Positions 49,238 to 59,291 of a stretch of 64,000 nt of DNA are shown in pieces; within the stretch, counting starts at the first letter, position 1, and every line of letters begins with the position of its first letter. Origin of the DNA: Candidatus Poribacteria bacterium. Lineage in GTDB: Bacteria; Poribacteria; WGA-4E; PCPOR2b. Location of the stretch: the NCBI GenBank assembly GCA_965208675.1, contig OZ242351.1, forward strand, positions 1 through 64,000. The letters are read 5' to 3'. Made by a program: the position numbers and the translations under genes. The notes below the pieces were generated by a model, which worked only from the letters and a program-made list of their open reading frames with translations, was not told where the DNA came from and did not search any database.

Positions 49238-49867
49238 ATGAATGAAATTCAACAGCTGCAACTTTACGGGTTTTGCACTATCGCCAGTGCTTATGAGGTT
49301 AATTCGTTACGGAACGAATGCTTGCGTATCTTCGATAAACTAAGTTCGAATGTCGTAGATGCAAACGACAATGCGGTGTTAAATCATGCCTTAGAGAGGT
49401 GCCCAATCATAAAAGAAATCATTGGAGCCACGATTGGAGCAGAGCATACTCGAACGGCCTCATTCAAGCGAACACTTCCAAACGATACGTCATTCAGTTG
49501 TACCTACCATGTCCATTGTGATGAAACTGAATCATTGGCGCTTGATAATCATAATAATCGACTCCGTAAATCGCCAAATGTACCCTGCATGATAAACAGC
49601 ATCATTACCTTAACCGATTTCACAGCGGATAATGGCTTTGGCGTAATCCCGATGAGTCACCATAGTCCTTTTTTGAAACGGCATCAATTCCTTACCGCAG
49701 TCGATCCTGTTGTTGAAAATGACTTCTTATTCCCTGTCATCGCGCCAGCAGGTTCGGTGATTCTATGGGACAATCGATTGTGGCATGCTCAACTTCGCAA
49801 CAAAACAAACGAGAGCCGCTTGAACATCAATGTATCCTATTTTGCGAAATGGTGGAGAAACGATTGA
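49238..49867 (+). CDS. PhyH-family 2OG-Fe(II) dioxygenase (short)
   Basis: HCD, LTDFTADNG..VIPMSH, PAGSVILWDNRLWH, NKTNESR. Confidence 0.8.
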   Translation: MNEIQQLQLYGFCTIASAYEVNSLRNECLRIFDKLSSNVVDANDNAVLNHALERCPIIKEIIGATIGAEHTRTASFKRTLPNDTSFSCTYHVHCDETESLALDNHNNRLRKSPNVPCMINSIITLTDFTADNGFGVIPMSHHSPFLKRHQFLTAVDPVVENDFLFPVIAPAGSVILWDNRLWHAQLRNKTNESRLNINVSYFAKWWRND

Positions 49868-50008
49868 TAAAATCGATATCATTGATAGCGAACGCCGCGT
49901 CCATATGCCATTAGCCCGGCAAAAATTAACCGCGTCACGGAGCAAAACAATAGGGAATTACATTCCATATTGCTATTTTTCAGTAGGCGGTTGGAAATTC
50001 AACTCATA

Positions 50009-50108
50009 GTAGTAGGCACACTCCGTGTGCCGTAATTAGCGTATATTGCGTTGAATCCGGATTCCAGCATCAGGGCGAGGGTTACGTCATACGGCGTGTG
50101 CCTACTAC
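50009..50108. repeat. GTAG-type REP pair (REPIN), third family
   Basis: GTAGTAGGCACAC / GTGTGCCTACTAC perfect 13-bp inverted repeat; left arm internally palindromic. Confidence 0.75.
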
Positions 50109-50211
50109 CTTTTTCATAAGGACAATAATGGTTGTTCTTTATTGAAATACGTGACTACATGCAAAAAAGCCTTGGTTGAACACAACGCTAGCATCATTGG
50201 TTTGGGAGTCG

Positions 50212-52128
50212 TTACCCTTCCCGGCCCCATTTGGCTGAGTCTTCGAGTTCTCGCTTGGGCAGAATCACGCGGTCGCCCGCCTTCAATCCGCTCTTAATGA
50301 TGATTTCGGTATCGTTCTGCATACCTGTCTGAATAGAAACTTTTTTGCCTTGTGATGCGTCCTTTTTGCCATCGCCGCCATCTTCATCAAGCAGAGCGAA
50401 CTTTTCTTTAGAAATATCTACTTTCGCGGCAACACCGTCGATAATCTCGCGGCCGTTTGCAAGAAGGGCGAAGGTATGTCGACCAGGGCGCAAGCCGCGT
50501 TGAGAACTATCAATCGAAACTGTCAATTCACTGTCTTTTGTCCCGACAACACTCCCTTTGAAGATTTTTCCGTTAGGGCTTTTGACCTCAATGGGTTGAT
50601 TTGGCTTAAATGCTGCCCCATCATCGCCGACTTGCGCCGCGACTATCACGGACGTTTTTTCTTCGATGGCATCCCTCGGCAACACCAAAACGTCATTCTC
50701 TTCATAAGTGATGATATCTACGTCAGCGCTCATGCCCGGGCGGAGTTCCGGAGGTGAACCAACAACCTTGACCATAACCTCAAAGGTAATGATATTGTCG
50801 CGTTCAATCCCGCTCGGCGCGATTTCTACGACGCGTCCTTCATAAATTTTGTTCTGATACGCATCGGCGTTTATTTCTGCCTTTTGGTTCAAACGAAGTC
50901 TTTCCATGTCGACCTCGTTGATGAAGGTCTTCACGACCATTTTAGACAAATCCCCGATCGTCATCACGGGTGGACTTTGCGCAAATGCCGATCTGCCCGA
51001 AGTTACAATCTCTCCCTCTTCGACTTCCAGAAGCGTCACGGTGCCTGACATGGGCGCTCGAATCGTCGTCCATCCCAAGCGCTCCTCTTGGTTTTTTAAG
51101 TTACTTTCGCGCCGCAATAGATTTGCTTTTGCACTCTCTTTTGACTCCTCGACGACGTTCTTTTCCTCGTTTATAGTTCGCTGAATCTCGGTCAGCCGGG
51201 TTTGCGCAATTTTCAGATGGAGTGCGGCTTCTTCTTCTTCCGCCTTTCTCATCTCGCGCAGTTTGTCCAGATTTAGTTTCTGATAAGTAAGTGTTGTGTT
51301 GCGGGTATCAATCGCCGTTTTTCTCGTGTCAATGGTCTTCTGTTGAGATTCCAGAGTTTCTTTTTGAGATGCCACGCGCTGAACTGCGCTGTTATATTGT
51401 GACAACGCACTCGCGCGCCTCGATTGCGCTTCCTCTAAAGATCTTTTGGATACCAGTTTTTTCTCAAACAGTTCCTTGTTGCGTTTTAGTTCAGCTTCAG
51501 CGTTATCAAGTTCAACTTTCGCTGAATCGCGTGCTGTCTCAAGTTCCGAGAGCGTTAATTCCGCCTGATTGAGTCCAATTTTTGCTTGATCCAAGGCAAT
51601 CTCATCCTGCACTAAGTCGTTTTTCGTCGTTTGGATTTGGGTTTCCGCTTGGATAATCTGTGTTAAGGATGCCGTTATGGTCGTATTTGAACTGGCTTCC
51701 GCAATTTTGACGTTGTCCTCCGCTTGTTGCTGTTGGCTGTGAAGCTCTTCTTTTTTTAAAACGATATTGAGTTCAGCCTGGTTTAACGCTGCCTCCGACG
51801 CATCGACATCCGCTTTAGCCTGTCTCATTTGCTCTATGTACTGTTCTGGATCGATTTCTAGCAACACCTGACCCGCCTCAACATAATCCCCTTCATCAAC
51901 ATAAAGTTTAATTATCTCACCTTCAACGTTTGACTTTACTTCGACGTCCACAAGCGGTTCCAAGTTGCCTGTCGCACTAATTCGCATTTGGAAATCCCCC
52001 TGTTTGACGATTTCAACTTTTTTTTCCAGTTCAGTCGAATCCTCCCTACATGCGTTTATCCACCCGCACGAGGCGATGGATACCGCTAAAACCGGGATCG
52101 TAACAACATTGATGACAACTTTCATCAT
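50212..52128 (-). CDS. MacA-like efflux periplasmic adaptor with very long coiled coil
   Basis: Lipobox-like IASC, SATGNLEP..VEVKS, VDEGDYV, TTIRAPMSG, LRPGMSA. Confidence 0.9.
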   Translation of the reverse strand: MMKVVINVVTIPVLAVSIASCGWINACREDSTELEKKVEIVKQGDFQMRISATGNLEPLVDVEVKSNVEGEIIKLYVDEGDYVEAGQVLLEIDPEQYIEQMRQAKADVDASEAALNQAELNIVLKKEELHSQQQQAEDNVKIAEASSNTTITASLTQIIQAETQIQTTKNDLVQDEIALDQAKIGLNQAELTLSELETARDSAKVELDNAEAELKRNKELFEKKLVSKRSLEEAQSRRASALSQYNSAVQRVASQKETLESQQKTIDTRKTAIDTRNTTLTYQKLNLDKLREMRKAEEEEAALHLKIAQTRLTEIQRTINEEKNVVEESKESAKANLLRRESNLKNQEERLGWTTIRAPMSGTVTLLEVEEGEIVTSGRSAFAQSPPVMTIGDLSKMVVKTFINEVDMERLRLNQKAEINADAYQNKIYEGRVVEIAPSGIERDNIITFEVMVKVVGSPPELRPGMSADVDIITYEENDVLVLPRDAIEEKTSVIVAAQVGDDGAAFKPNQPIEVKSPNGKIFKGSVVGTKDSELTVSIDSSQRGLRPGRHTFALLANGREIIDGVAAKVDISKEKFALLDEDGGDGKKDASQGKKVSIQTGMQNDTEIIIKSGLKAGDRVILPKRELEDSAKWGREG

Positions 52129-52196
52129 AATTTGACGACTCCTCCATGCATTTATCGTTCAATAATGCCCAATGCCTTTTTCTATGAAAACTGCGC

Positions 52197-53501
52197 TTAC
52201 TCCGACCGAATGGCTTCTACGGGTGTCAGTTTTGCGGCTTTGTTTGCCGGGTACAAACCGAAAAACATGCCAACACCTATCGAAACGCTCAGAGCAACGA
52301 CCATAGCTCCGAACGACACTACTGAAGGCCAATCGCTCCCCGGCCATACGTATTTCGTGATGAGAATAGCAGTACCTTGTCCCATAAATACGCCGACAAC
52401 CGCTCCCAAAATTCCACCGGTTAAGCTTAGCACAGCCGCTTCGATAAGAAACTGAGTTAATATATCTCGCCGCTTTGCACCGATAGCTTTCCGCAATCCG
52501 ATTTCCTTTGTGCGTTCAGTGACGGAGACGAGCATGATGTTCATGATACCAATCCCCGCTACAAATAACGCGATGCCGGCAATGCCGCCCATTACGAATT
52601 TCATCGTATTCCCAATCTTCTCGGCGGTTGCAAGCTCATCCCTTGCCGTCCAATATTGATATGCTTCTCCTGAACCGTGGTGTCTTCTCCCAAGAATTCG
52701 TTTTGATTCCTCCTTTGCAGTTTCGACCATATTCAGACTTGCAGCTTCTACCCGGATGCGCTCGATATGCTTTTTGCCCTTAAAGCGCTGTTGCAATGTG
52801 GTGATCGGAATAATGAAGCGATCATCCCAACCTTGCGTATCCATCGCATCGCCTTTCTCCTCCATTACGCCAACCACAGTTAAGCGTACGTCGAAACGGG
52901 GACCCCAACTTGATGCACGCGTCGCCTTAATCTCTTCGCCGATCGGGGAATTCTCATCGAATAGTTCTTCGTAGACCTTTGAACCGATGAGAGCAACAGT
53001 CCGCGCGGATTTGACATCTTCATCGGATAAAAAGCGGCCCGTCTGAACATACCAGTTATGTAATCTGTCGTATCCATCTGTGGTTGCCGTGACCTGAGAC
53101 GGCTTGCTTTTGCCCTTATAATTCAAATTCCAACTGCCGTAATCGTCCTCCGGGACGACGTGGTGGACACCTTGTGCATTTTCAAGGATTGCTTGTGCAT
53201 CAGAGGTTTCGAGATGTTCTGCGCGGTTCTTCCGCCAACGACCGCGTCTGACCGTCTGACCCGCTGCACGAGTCAATGTCCCTGATTGCCGATCCCACTC
53301 GTCACGGTATATCTCAATAACGTTCAAACCCCCGGTTCGCTCGATCTCTCTCAATACCATCGCGCGCGAACCGTCCCCTATCGAAACCACACTGACTACG
53401 GCTCCAACACCGATGATGATTCCCAAGATTGTTAGACTAGAGCGAAGTAAGTTCCGGCGTAAGTTCGAAATGCCCAGTGCGATATACTCAAAAAAATACA
53501 T
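52197..53501 (-). CDS. MacB/FtsX-type ABC transporter permease
   Basis: RSSLTILGIIIGV, GIGIMNIMLVSVTERTKEIG, QFLIEA, FFGLYPA. Confidence 0.93.
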   Translation of the reverse strand: MYFFEYIALGISNLRRNLLRSSLTILGIIIGVGAVVSVVSIGDGSRAMVLREIERTGGLNVIEIYRDEWDRQSGTLTRAAGQTVRRGRWRKNRAEHLETSDAQAILENAQGVHHVVPEDDYGSWNLNYKGKSKPSQVTATTDGYDRLHNWYVQTGRFLSDEDVKSARTVALIGSKVYEELFDENSPIGEEIKATRASSWGPRFDVRLTVVGVMEEKGDAMDTQGWDDRFIIPITTLQQRFKGKKHIERIRVEAASLNMVETAKEESKRILGRRHHGSGEAYQYWTARDELATAEKIGNTMKFVMGGIAGIALFVAGIGIMNIMLVSVTERTKEIGLRKAIGAKRRDILTQFLIEAAVLSLTGGILGAVVGVFMGQGTAILITKYVWPGSDWPSVVSFGAMVVALSVSIGVGMFFGLYPANKAAKLTPVEAIRSE

Positions 53502-53570
53502 ACTCTTGCTCCTCGGAACAAGATTAATCATTAATGCTTTCAACGTTGCTTCAGATTTCCAACTTCACCT

Positions 53571-54872
53571 TTACTCTGTTCGCAGCGCTTCAATAGGTGA
53601 AAGCCGTGCAGCTTTCACCGCGGGATACAGTCCAAAGAAGACACCGATTGCCGCCGAAAAAGCGACCGATATAATCACCCACTGCGCGGTGATGAATGAT
53701 GGCCAATAATTTATGATTTTCACAATTTTAATTGCAATCTGTGCCATGCCGTATCCCGCAGCAGCGCCTAACGCGATACCCAGCAGACCGCCGACGCTGC
53801 ACATCACAACCGATTCCACAAGAAACTGCAATAGTATATCCTTGCGCTTTGCACCAAGCGCTTTTCGCAGACCGATTTCTCGCGTGCGTTCGGTGACCGA
53901 GACCAACATGATGTTCATAATTCCGATGCCGCCGACGAGGAGCGAAACACCTGCGATGATACCGAGTACGATCTTAATCGTACGGCTAATGGTAAACAAC
54001 TGCTCCATGCCTTGCCGCATCTCCCACATGTTAAAGAAATTATCCTGGTTTCCGTGCCGCTTTCGCACTGTAGCCGTGACCTCGGCCTTGGCTCTCTCCA
54101 GCAATTCAAGGGTTTTCGCTTGGACTGTTATCATTCGGACACGATCGTTTCCCGTAAACCGCTCCTGAACGGTCGTCAAAGGTAGCAGCACGCGGTCGTC
54201 CAAATTCCATCCAAAGCGGAGGCTTGTCCCACGTGGTTCCATTACGCCCACAATGGTGAACCGTTCCATGCTTTTTTCTCGCTTTGGACGTTCGCGTCGC
54301 CAATTGTTCTGGGATTCGCGCGCAATTTTAATTTCTTTGCCAATCGGATTCTGATTCCCGAATAGTTCATTTGCTACCTCTGATCCGAGGATACAGACTT
54401 TGCTCCGCGTCTCAACATCCTCGTCGGAAATAAAACGTCCGCGTTGTAACTCCCAATTCATTCCAATTCGGTAAAAGGGCGTGATACCTTCGTATCCGGT
54501 GCGTTTTTCCGCGCCGCCCTCAGCCTGCACCAAAACACCGCGCCAAACCGGTAAACGTGGGATTACACCTTCAACGGAAGGGCAATCGGCCTCTATCGCC
54601 AGCACATCATCATATTCAAAATACTCATTGCTGCGGTTGGGTATCCAGCGGTCGCCTTTGCGTAGGTGGTTACTGCGGTACAAAGTAAATTGGTTGGCGC
54701 CCCCGAGCTTTTGAGCGTCCTGGAGCACTATAGTTTTCGCACCATTGCCAATTCCAATCGTCGCGAGAACGGAGGCAACGCCAATGATAATTCCTAGCAT
54801 AGTTAAGAGCGAGCGCAATGTGTTCGCGCGTATCGCCGCAAACCCAACAGAAATCCCTTCGCTGAATCTCAA
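53571..54872 (-). CDS. MacB/FtsX-type ABC transporter permease
   Basis: RSLLTMLGIIIGV, GIGIMNIMLVSVTERTREIG, FFGLYPA, SPIEALR. Confidence 0.93.
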   Translation of the reverse strand: MRFSEGISVGFAAIRANTLRSLLTMLGIIIGVASVLATIGIGNGAKTIVLQDAQKLGGANQFTLYRSNHLRKGDRWIPNRSNEYFEYDDVLAIEADCPSVEGVIPRLPVWRGVLVQAEGGAEKRTGYEGITPFYRIGMNWELQRGRFISDEDVETRSKVCILGSEVANELFGNQNPIGKEIKIARESQNNWRRERPKREKSMERFTIVGVMEPRGTSLRFGWNLDDRVLLPLTTVQERFTGNDRVRMITVQAKTLELLERAKAEVTATVRKRHGNQDNFFNMWEMRQGMEQLFTISRTIKIVLGIIAGVSLLVGGIGIMNIMLVSVTERTREIGLRKALGAKRKDILLQFLVESVVMCSVGGLLGIALGAAAGYGMAQIAIKIVKIINYWPSFITAQWVIISVAFSAAIGVFFGLYPAVKAARLSPIEALRTE

Positions 54873-55072
54873 ATCTATCCTCCCTACCCTTGTAATCTGG
54901 CAGATTCCATCCGTATTTTGGACGATGCCGTTCGTAATTGGTTTATTAATTTATGCGGTAGAATTTTGCCTTGACAACCGTAATCGGGTATTGATAATAT
55001 AATAGGCAACGTCAAGAATTTCGTGTGCTAGAGTTCCAAACCTATTCACCTGCAAGTGTGAGGTCGTTCAAA

Positions 55073-55414
55073 ATGTCAGTGGTTTATCTTGAGGATATAG
55101 AAGATCTTGTCGGTAACAAATATTTAGCCGTCAACGTAGCGGCGCGGCGCGCGCGTCAACTCAATGAAAAAGGCATTCCTATTCTTAAGTTTAATGTTCG
55201 GAAACCGGCGTCGGTAGCTTTGCAAGCGCTAGTTGAGGGTGAAATTGACTATAAGCAAGTAGATCAGTTTGAAGATTCTTCAGAGGAATTTTCAATTTTC
55301 AATCCGGTTACCGAGGAACAGGACGAAGATTCGGAAATCTTCGAACAGACATTTGCCAGTGAGACGCAAGATGAAAGTGTGGAAGACCTTGAGGAACCTG
55401 AAGAAGGGTTGTAA
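55073..55414 (+). CDS. rpoZ: RNA polymerase omega subunit with acidic C-terminal extension
   Basis: NKYLAVNVAARRARQL, KPASVALQALVEGEI. Confidence 0.88.
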   Translation: MSVVYLEDIEDLVGNKYLAVNVAARRARQLNEKGIPILKFNVRKPASVALQALVEGEIDYKQVDQFEDSSEEFSIFNPVTEEQDEDSEIFEQTFASETQDESVEDLEEPEEGL

Positions 55415-55437
55415 ATAAATGAATGCATGAATTTTCC

Positions 55438-55601
55438 GCTATTTTGCGACAAATCCTAGGTTGGTGGTTCCTCCTTGAGGTTCACCGTTTGCCGTTATTG
55501 TCCTGACTATTAGGATATGCAACGGCATGAATGCAGAATAGCCGCAAGCGCATTTTATAGCTGTCCTTCCAAAAAATTTGATAGGCGGCGAAGGATAGGC
55601 T
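55438..55601 (+). ncRNA. Candidate structured RNA in the rpoZ 3' region
   Basis: 10-bp closing stem 55438-47/55533-42 enclosing two hairpins, then a third hairpin 55561-98; G-U pairs fit the plus strand. Confidence 0.35.
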
Positions 55602-56000
55602 TCCGAAATTGTCAGCAATTCTCTCCTCACTTGAAGCGGTGAATCTATAAAAATTCGACGCAAAAGTTTTCACCCTTACCGAATTGCCGTTCAGTTCACC
55701 GTCGATTTCCAGTGGAAAATGTGAAGCCGATGTTATTGGATTTTACTTCACTGCGGCGCGCCGCCGCCAACACCGGCTGGGCGCAGGCGAGACCTTCGCT
55801 CGTCCGCCTACATTACACGGCTAATCAGTCGCAGTCCCTAAGAGACTTCCCTACCTTGCTCCTTATCATCTCCTAAACCTACCGTGAAGGAAATGAAATC
55901 CCTCCCGAATTGCGGCCGTAAACTCCCTATGTGCATTTGCGATTAGCGTGGAAACGCGCGAAACTAGCGCATCACAGATGACCTTCATTAGAACTCATAA

Positions 56001-56029
56001 ATGATATCAGGGTTAATCAGCAATGTCAA
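56001..56029 (-). promoter_or_regulatory. Sigma70-type promoter TTGACA-N17-TATCAT pointing into non-coding DNA
   Basis: Plus-strand tgtcaa 56024-56029 and atgata 56001-56006. Confidence 0.5.
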
Positions 56030-56125
56030 TGCTGTGCGGGAGCGGTTGTCACCGTCGTGTAATCCTGCTGAGCCGTGTTTTCTCTTGTTATTTTATGGCC
56101 GATTTGCTATAATACGACACAGATT

Positions 56126-57031
56126 ATGTGGCGTTTCCTGAAAGATTGCTGTTACGTGTTTGCAGCGAGATGTATCAGTCAATGTATTGCCCCACTCCCC
56201 CGCCGGCTTGCGTTATCCCTTGGGACTGCTTTGGCAACCGCTGTTTTTTGGTTCTCGCGTTGCGAAAGGAACCGTACTTGTAAACATCTTGTATCGCGTT
56301 TAGAACTTGATGGTCCGGTAGTTGTCCAGAGGCTTGCCCAACGTTGCTTTCAAAACATGGGGAAAAACGTGATGGAATTCATTCAGCTTCCTTACATGTC
56401 CCCCCAGAAGATTCATCAGGTTGTTGCCTTCGAAGGTAAGGCAAATATCGATCAAGCGCTCGATCGGGGCAACGGGGCAATAATTTTGACAGGGCACTTT
56501 GGCAATTGGGAACTGCTCGCAGCGAGTATTGCCGCGAATGGGTATCCGTTAAATTCCATCGCTCGCCAGTTGCGTTCTAAGCGCCTGGACACACTTGTTT
56601 CAGCTTATCGTGAGAAGTCGGGATATACTAGCATTGACCGGGATAACGGCATTCGTCCAGCGTTACGTTGCTTGAAACGAAATGAGTTGCTTGGCATCGT
56701 GGCGGATGTTGATACACGAACAGATGGAGTCTTTGTCGATTTTCTTGGTCGACCCGCTTATACCCCCTATAGTCCAGTGGCAATCGCGCTGAAAACAGGT
56801 GCCTCGATTTTGCCGACCTTTATAATTCGTCAACCGGATGAATCGCACCGCGCCATTGTTGAACCGCCGTTAGCTCTAAATCAGAGCGGAGACCGTGAGC
56901 GCGACTACATCTTCAATACTCAAAAGTTTACGAACGTAATTGCATCTTATGTTCGGCGATTTCCCGAGCAATGGATTTGGATGCATGAACGCTGGAGAAC
57001 ACAGCCCCAAATTAAACCTGATGACAAGTAA
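56126..57031 (+). CDS. Lipid A lauroyl/late acyltransferase family (LpxL/HtrB-like)
   Basis: TGHFGNWE, VDFLGRPA, PEQWIWMHERW; adjacent to lpt genes. Confidence 0.9.
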   Translation: MWRFLKDCCYVFAARCISQCIAPLPRRLALSLGTALATAVFWFSRCERNRTCKHLVSRLELDGPVVVQRLAQRCFQNMGKNVMEFIQLPYMSPQKIHQVVAFEGKANIDQALDRGNGAIILTGHFGNWELLAASIAANGYPLNSIARQLRSKRLDTLVSAYREKSGYTSIDRDNGIRPALRCLKRNELLGIVADVDTRTDGVFVDFLGRPAYTPYSPVAIALKTGASILPTFIIRQPDESHRAIVEPPLALNQSGDRERDYIFNTQKFTNVIASYVRRFPEQWIWMHERWRTQPQIKPDDK

Positions 57032-57038
57032 ATTTAAG

Positions 57039-57632
57039 ATGAAATTGCGCCGACTTCCCTTTGCCCTTTGCCTAATATTTCTCGCCTTGGGTTGTGATAG
57101 AGGGCAGGAGGAGCTAACACCGACCAACGACGAAAATCCTGAACAAATATTACAACAGTTTTCAACTAAGCATACAGAATCCGGCGTGACAAAATGGACA
57201 TTGATTGCCGATTCGGGAGAGTTCATGGAATCGGTGGTGTACGTGCAGAACCCGACGGTTCAAATCTTTGAGGATGGTCAAGCCACACTTACAGTGACGG
57301 GCGACCGCGGCGAAATTATTGAGTCAAATAACAATCTCAAAATTTTTGATAATGTAGTCGGAATTAGCCAAAATGGCGTATTGTACACCGACGAACTTCA
57401 TTGGCACAACCGGAATGGCAAATTATACGCCCCGAACGAATCGGAGATTGTGCGCGGTGATTCAACAATGGTTGGTCGGGAGATGGAAAGCCGCCCGTCT
57501 CTTGAAGTTGTAACGATGAAACACGTTCGATTTAATTTTTACGCTAAAGATGAGAAGGTAGGTGCAACTGAACCCGTTGTAGAAAATGAAATCCCGCATA
57601 GCAAAGGAATCACAAATGCAGGAACGCGCTAA
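57039..57632 (+). CDS. lptC: LPS export protein LptC
   Basis: Lipobox LALGC, KWTLIAD, LYTDELHW; position before lptA-lptB. Confidence 0.82.
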   Translation: MKLRRLPFALCLIFLALGCDRGQEELTPTNDENPEQILQQFSTKHTESGVTKWTLIADSGEFMESVVYVQNPTVQIFEDGQATLTVTGDRGEIIESNNNLKIFDNVVGISQNGVLYTDELHWHNRNGKLYAPNESEIVRGDSTMVGREMESRPSLEVVTMKHVRFNFYAKDEKVGATEPVVENEIPHSKGITNAGTR

Positions 57633-58500
57633 TTCGATGCAAAATACCCGTCTGTTTTCATTTGGCTGCGCAGCCGCAATACCGCCGCTGATAATTTCAA
57701 TATGGTTTTTATCCTTCATACCTTATTCAACTGATGCCGCTGTTGAAAATACTACTACGCCGAAACCAGTCGAAACGAATCAGGCTAGCGGAGATGAAGA
57801 TGAGGATTTCCTCATTTGTAAGCATGCGGATCAGCTCTATCAGGATGACAAAAAAGGGTTTACAGTCTTGACGGGCAATGTCGAGCTTGAGATGTCCAAC
57901 GGATTTCTGAACGCCGATAAGGTCACTCTTTATAGAAATGTTGAGACTGATAAATTAACTGAAACCATCGCTGAAGGCAATGTTCAGATGAAAGAAGGCC
58001 AGGCTATAGCTTCCAGCGATCGTGCGGTTTTGAACCACATAGACGACATAGTGAATCTTCACGATAACGTCGTCGTTATACAAGAAGAAGATAGGCTGGA
58101 GGCGGCGAAAATGATCTTTAATCGCCGGACGGGCGTGCAAACAGCAGAGGGGAAGCCGGTAAAAATTACACGTCCCGACGGATTCCTGAATGGGAACAGA
58201 GTGGAGATTTATAAGAATCTCGAGACGGATGAAATCACCAAAATTATTGCACAAGAACTGGTAGAAATGCGCGATGAAGATATTTTTGCGACGAGCGATT
58301 ACGCCGATTTGAATCAGGTAGATGACACTGTAGATTTGCGGGAGAACGTCGTAGTAATACAGGAGGAAGACCGATTGGAAGCTAAATCCTTTACCTATAA
58401 TCGGCGGACTGGCAAACGTGTCGGCAAAGGAAGCGTTAGATTCCGGGTTCGAATAAGCCAGCAAAATGAGGATGAGCAAGAATCAAACAACGAGAAGTAA
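57616..58500 (+). CDS. lptA: LptA/OstA family protein with internal tandem duplication
   Basis: Beta-jellyroll motifs LTGNVEL, AEGNVQM, DNVVVIQ repeated; lies between lptC and lptB; start uncertain. Confidence 0.8.
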   Translation: MQERANSMQNTRLFSFGCAAAIPPLIISIWFLSFIPYSTDAAVENTTTPKPVETNQASGDEDEDFLICKHADQLYQDDKKGFTVLTGNVELEMSNGFLNADKVTLYRNVETDKLTETIAEGNVQMKEGQAIASSDRAVLNHIDDIVNLHDNVVVIQEEDRLEAAKMIFNRRTGVQTAEGKPVKITRPDGFLNGNRVEIYKNLETDEITKIIAQELVEMRDEDIFATSDYADLNQVDDTVDLRENVVVIQEEDRLEAKSFTYNRRTGKRVGKGSVRFRVRISQQNEDEQESNNEK

Positions 58501-58520
58501 TCCGTTAAGGCAAGAAAAGC

Positions 58521-59258
58521 GTGTCGATTAAACTTCAAACCCACGGACTTGTTAAGAGATATTCACGGCGCGGCCCCATCGTTGTCAATCAAGTAAGTAT
58601 TGAAGTAGCAACGGGCAAAATTGTTGGGTTGCTCGGTCCAAATGGGGCTGGAAAATCAACCACATTTTACATGGTTGTTGGATTGATACACCCAAACGCC
58701 GGACGGATTACATTTGATGAAAAGGACATCACCCATGTACCGATGTACAAGCGGGCGCGCCTCGGAATTGGGTATCTCTCGCAAGAGACTTCAATATTTC
58801 GAAAACTGACTGTTGAACAGAACATTTTAGCGGTTCTCGAAGCGCTTGATATTCGCAGAGATGAGCGTAAACGGCGGTGCAATCAGCTCATGGAAGAACT
58901 CGGCATCTCCGAGTTGGCGAAGCGGAAAGCATACACCCTGTCAGGGGGCGAATGTCGACGCGCTGAAATTGCAAGGGCGCTTGCAGCTTCCCCATCTTTT
59001 ATTTTGTTGGATGAACCGTTTTCCGGAATCGATCCAATTGCAGTTCAGGACATTAAAGAACTAATCACACACCTGCGCGACCGGAATATCGGAGTGTTAA
59101 TAACAGATCACAATGCAGCAGAAACACTTGGGATTGTCGATCTCGCTTATTTGATTACTGGCGGGAAAATTACGCTCAGCGGTTCGCCTGAAACATTGCT
59201 TGAAAGCGAAATTGCCAGAGAACGGTATTTTGGCCATAGTTTTGAGTTGTATAGATGA
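58521..59258 (+). CDS. lptB: LPS export ABC transporter ATPase
   Basis: GLLGPNGAGKSTTFYM, GIGYLSQE, LSGGECRR, LLDEPFSGIDP, ITDHN. Confidence 0.97.
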   Translation: MSIKLQTHGLVKRYSRRGPIVVNQVSIEVATGKIVGLLGPNGAGKSTTFYMVVGLIHPNAGRITFDEKDITHVPMYKRARLGIGYLSQETSIFRKLTVEQNILAVLEALDIRRDERKRRCNQLMEELGISELAKRKAYTLSGGECRRAEIARALAASPSFILLDEPFSGIDPIAVQDIKELITHLRDRNIGVLITDHNAAETLGIVDLAYLITGGKITLSGSPETLLESEIARERYFGHSFELYR

Positions 59259-59291
59259 AATCCGGGTGTCGAGTGATTGAGGAGCCGTGCG

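Noticed and set aside
55415-56075. tmRNA, RNase P RNA, SRP RNA or tRNA in the long gap
   Set aside because: None of their hallmark motifs was found on either strand
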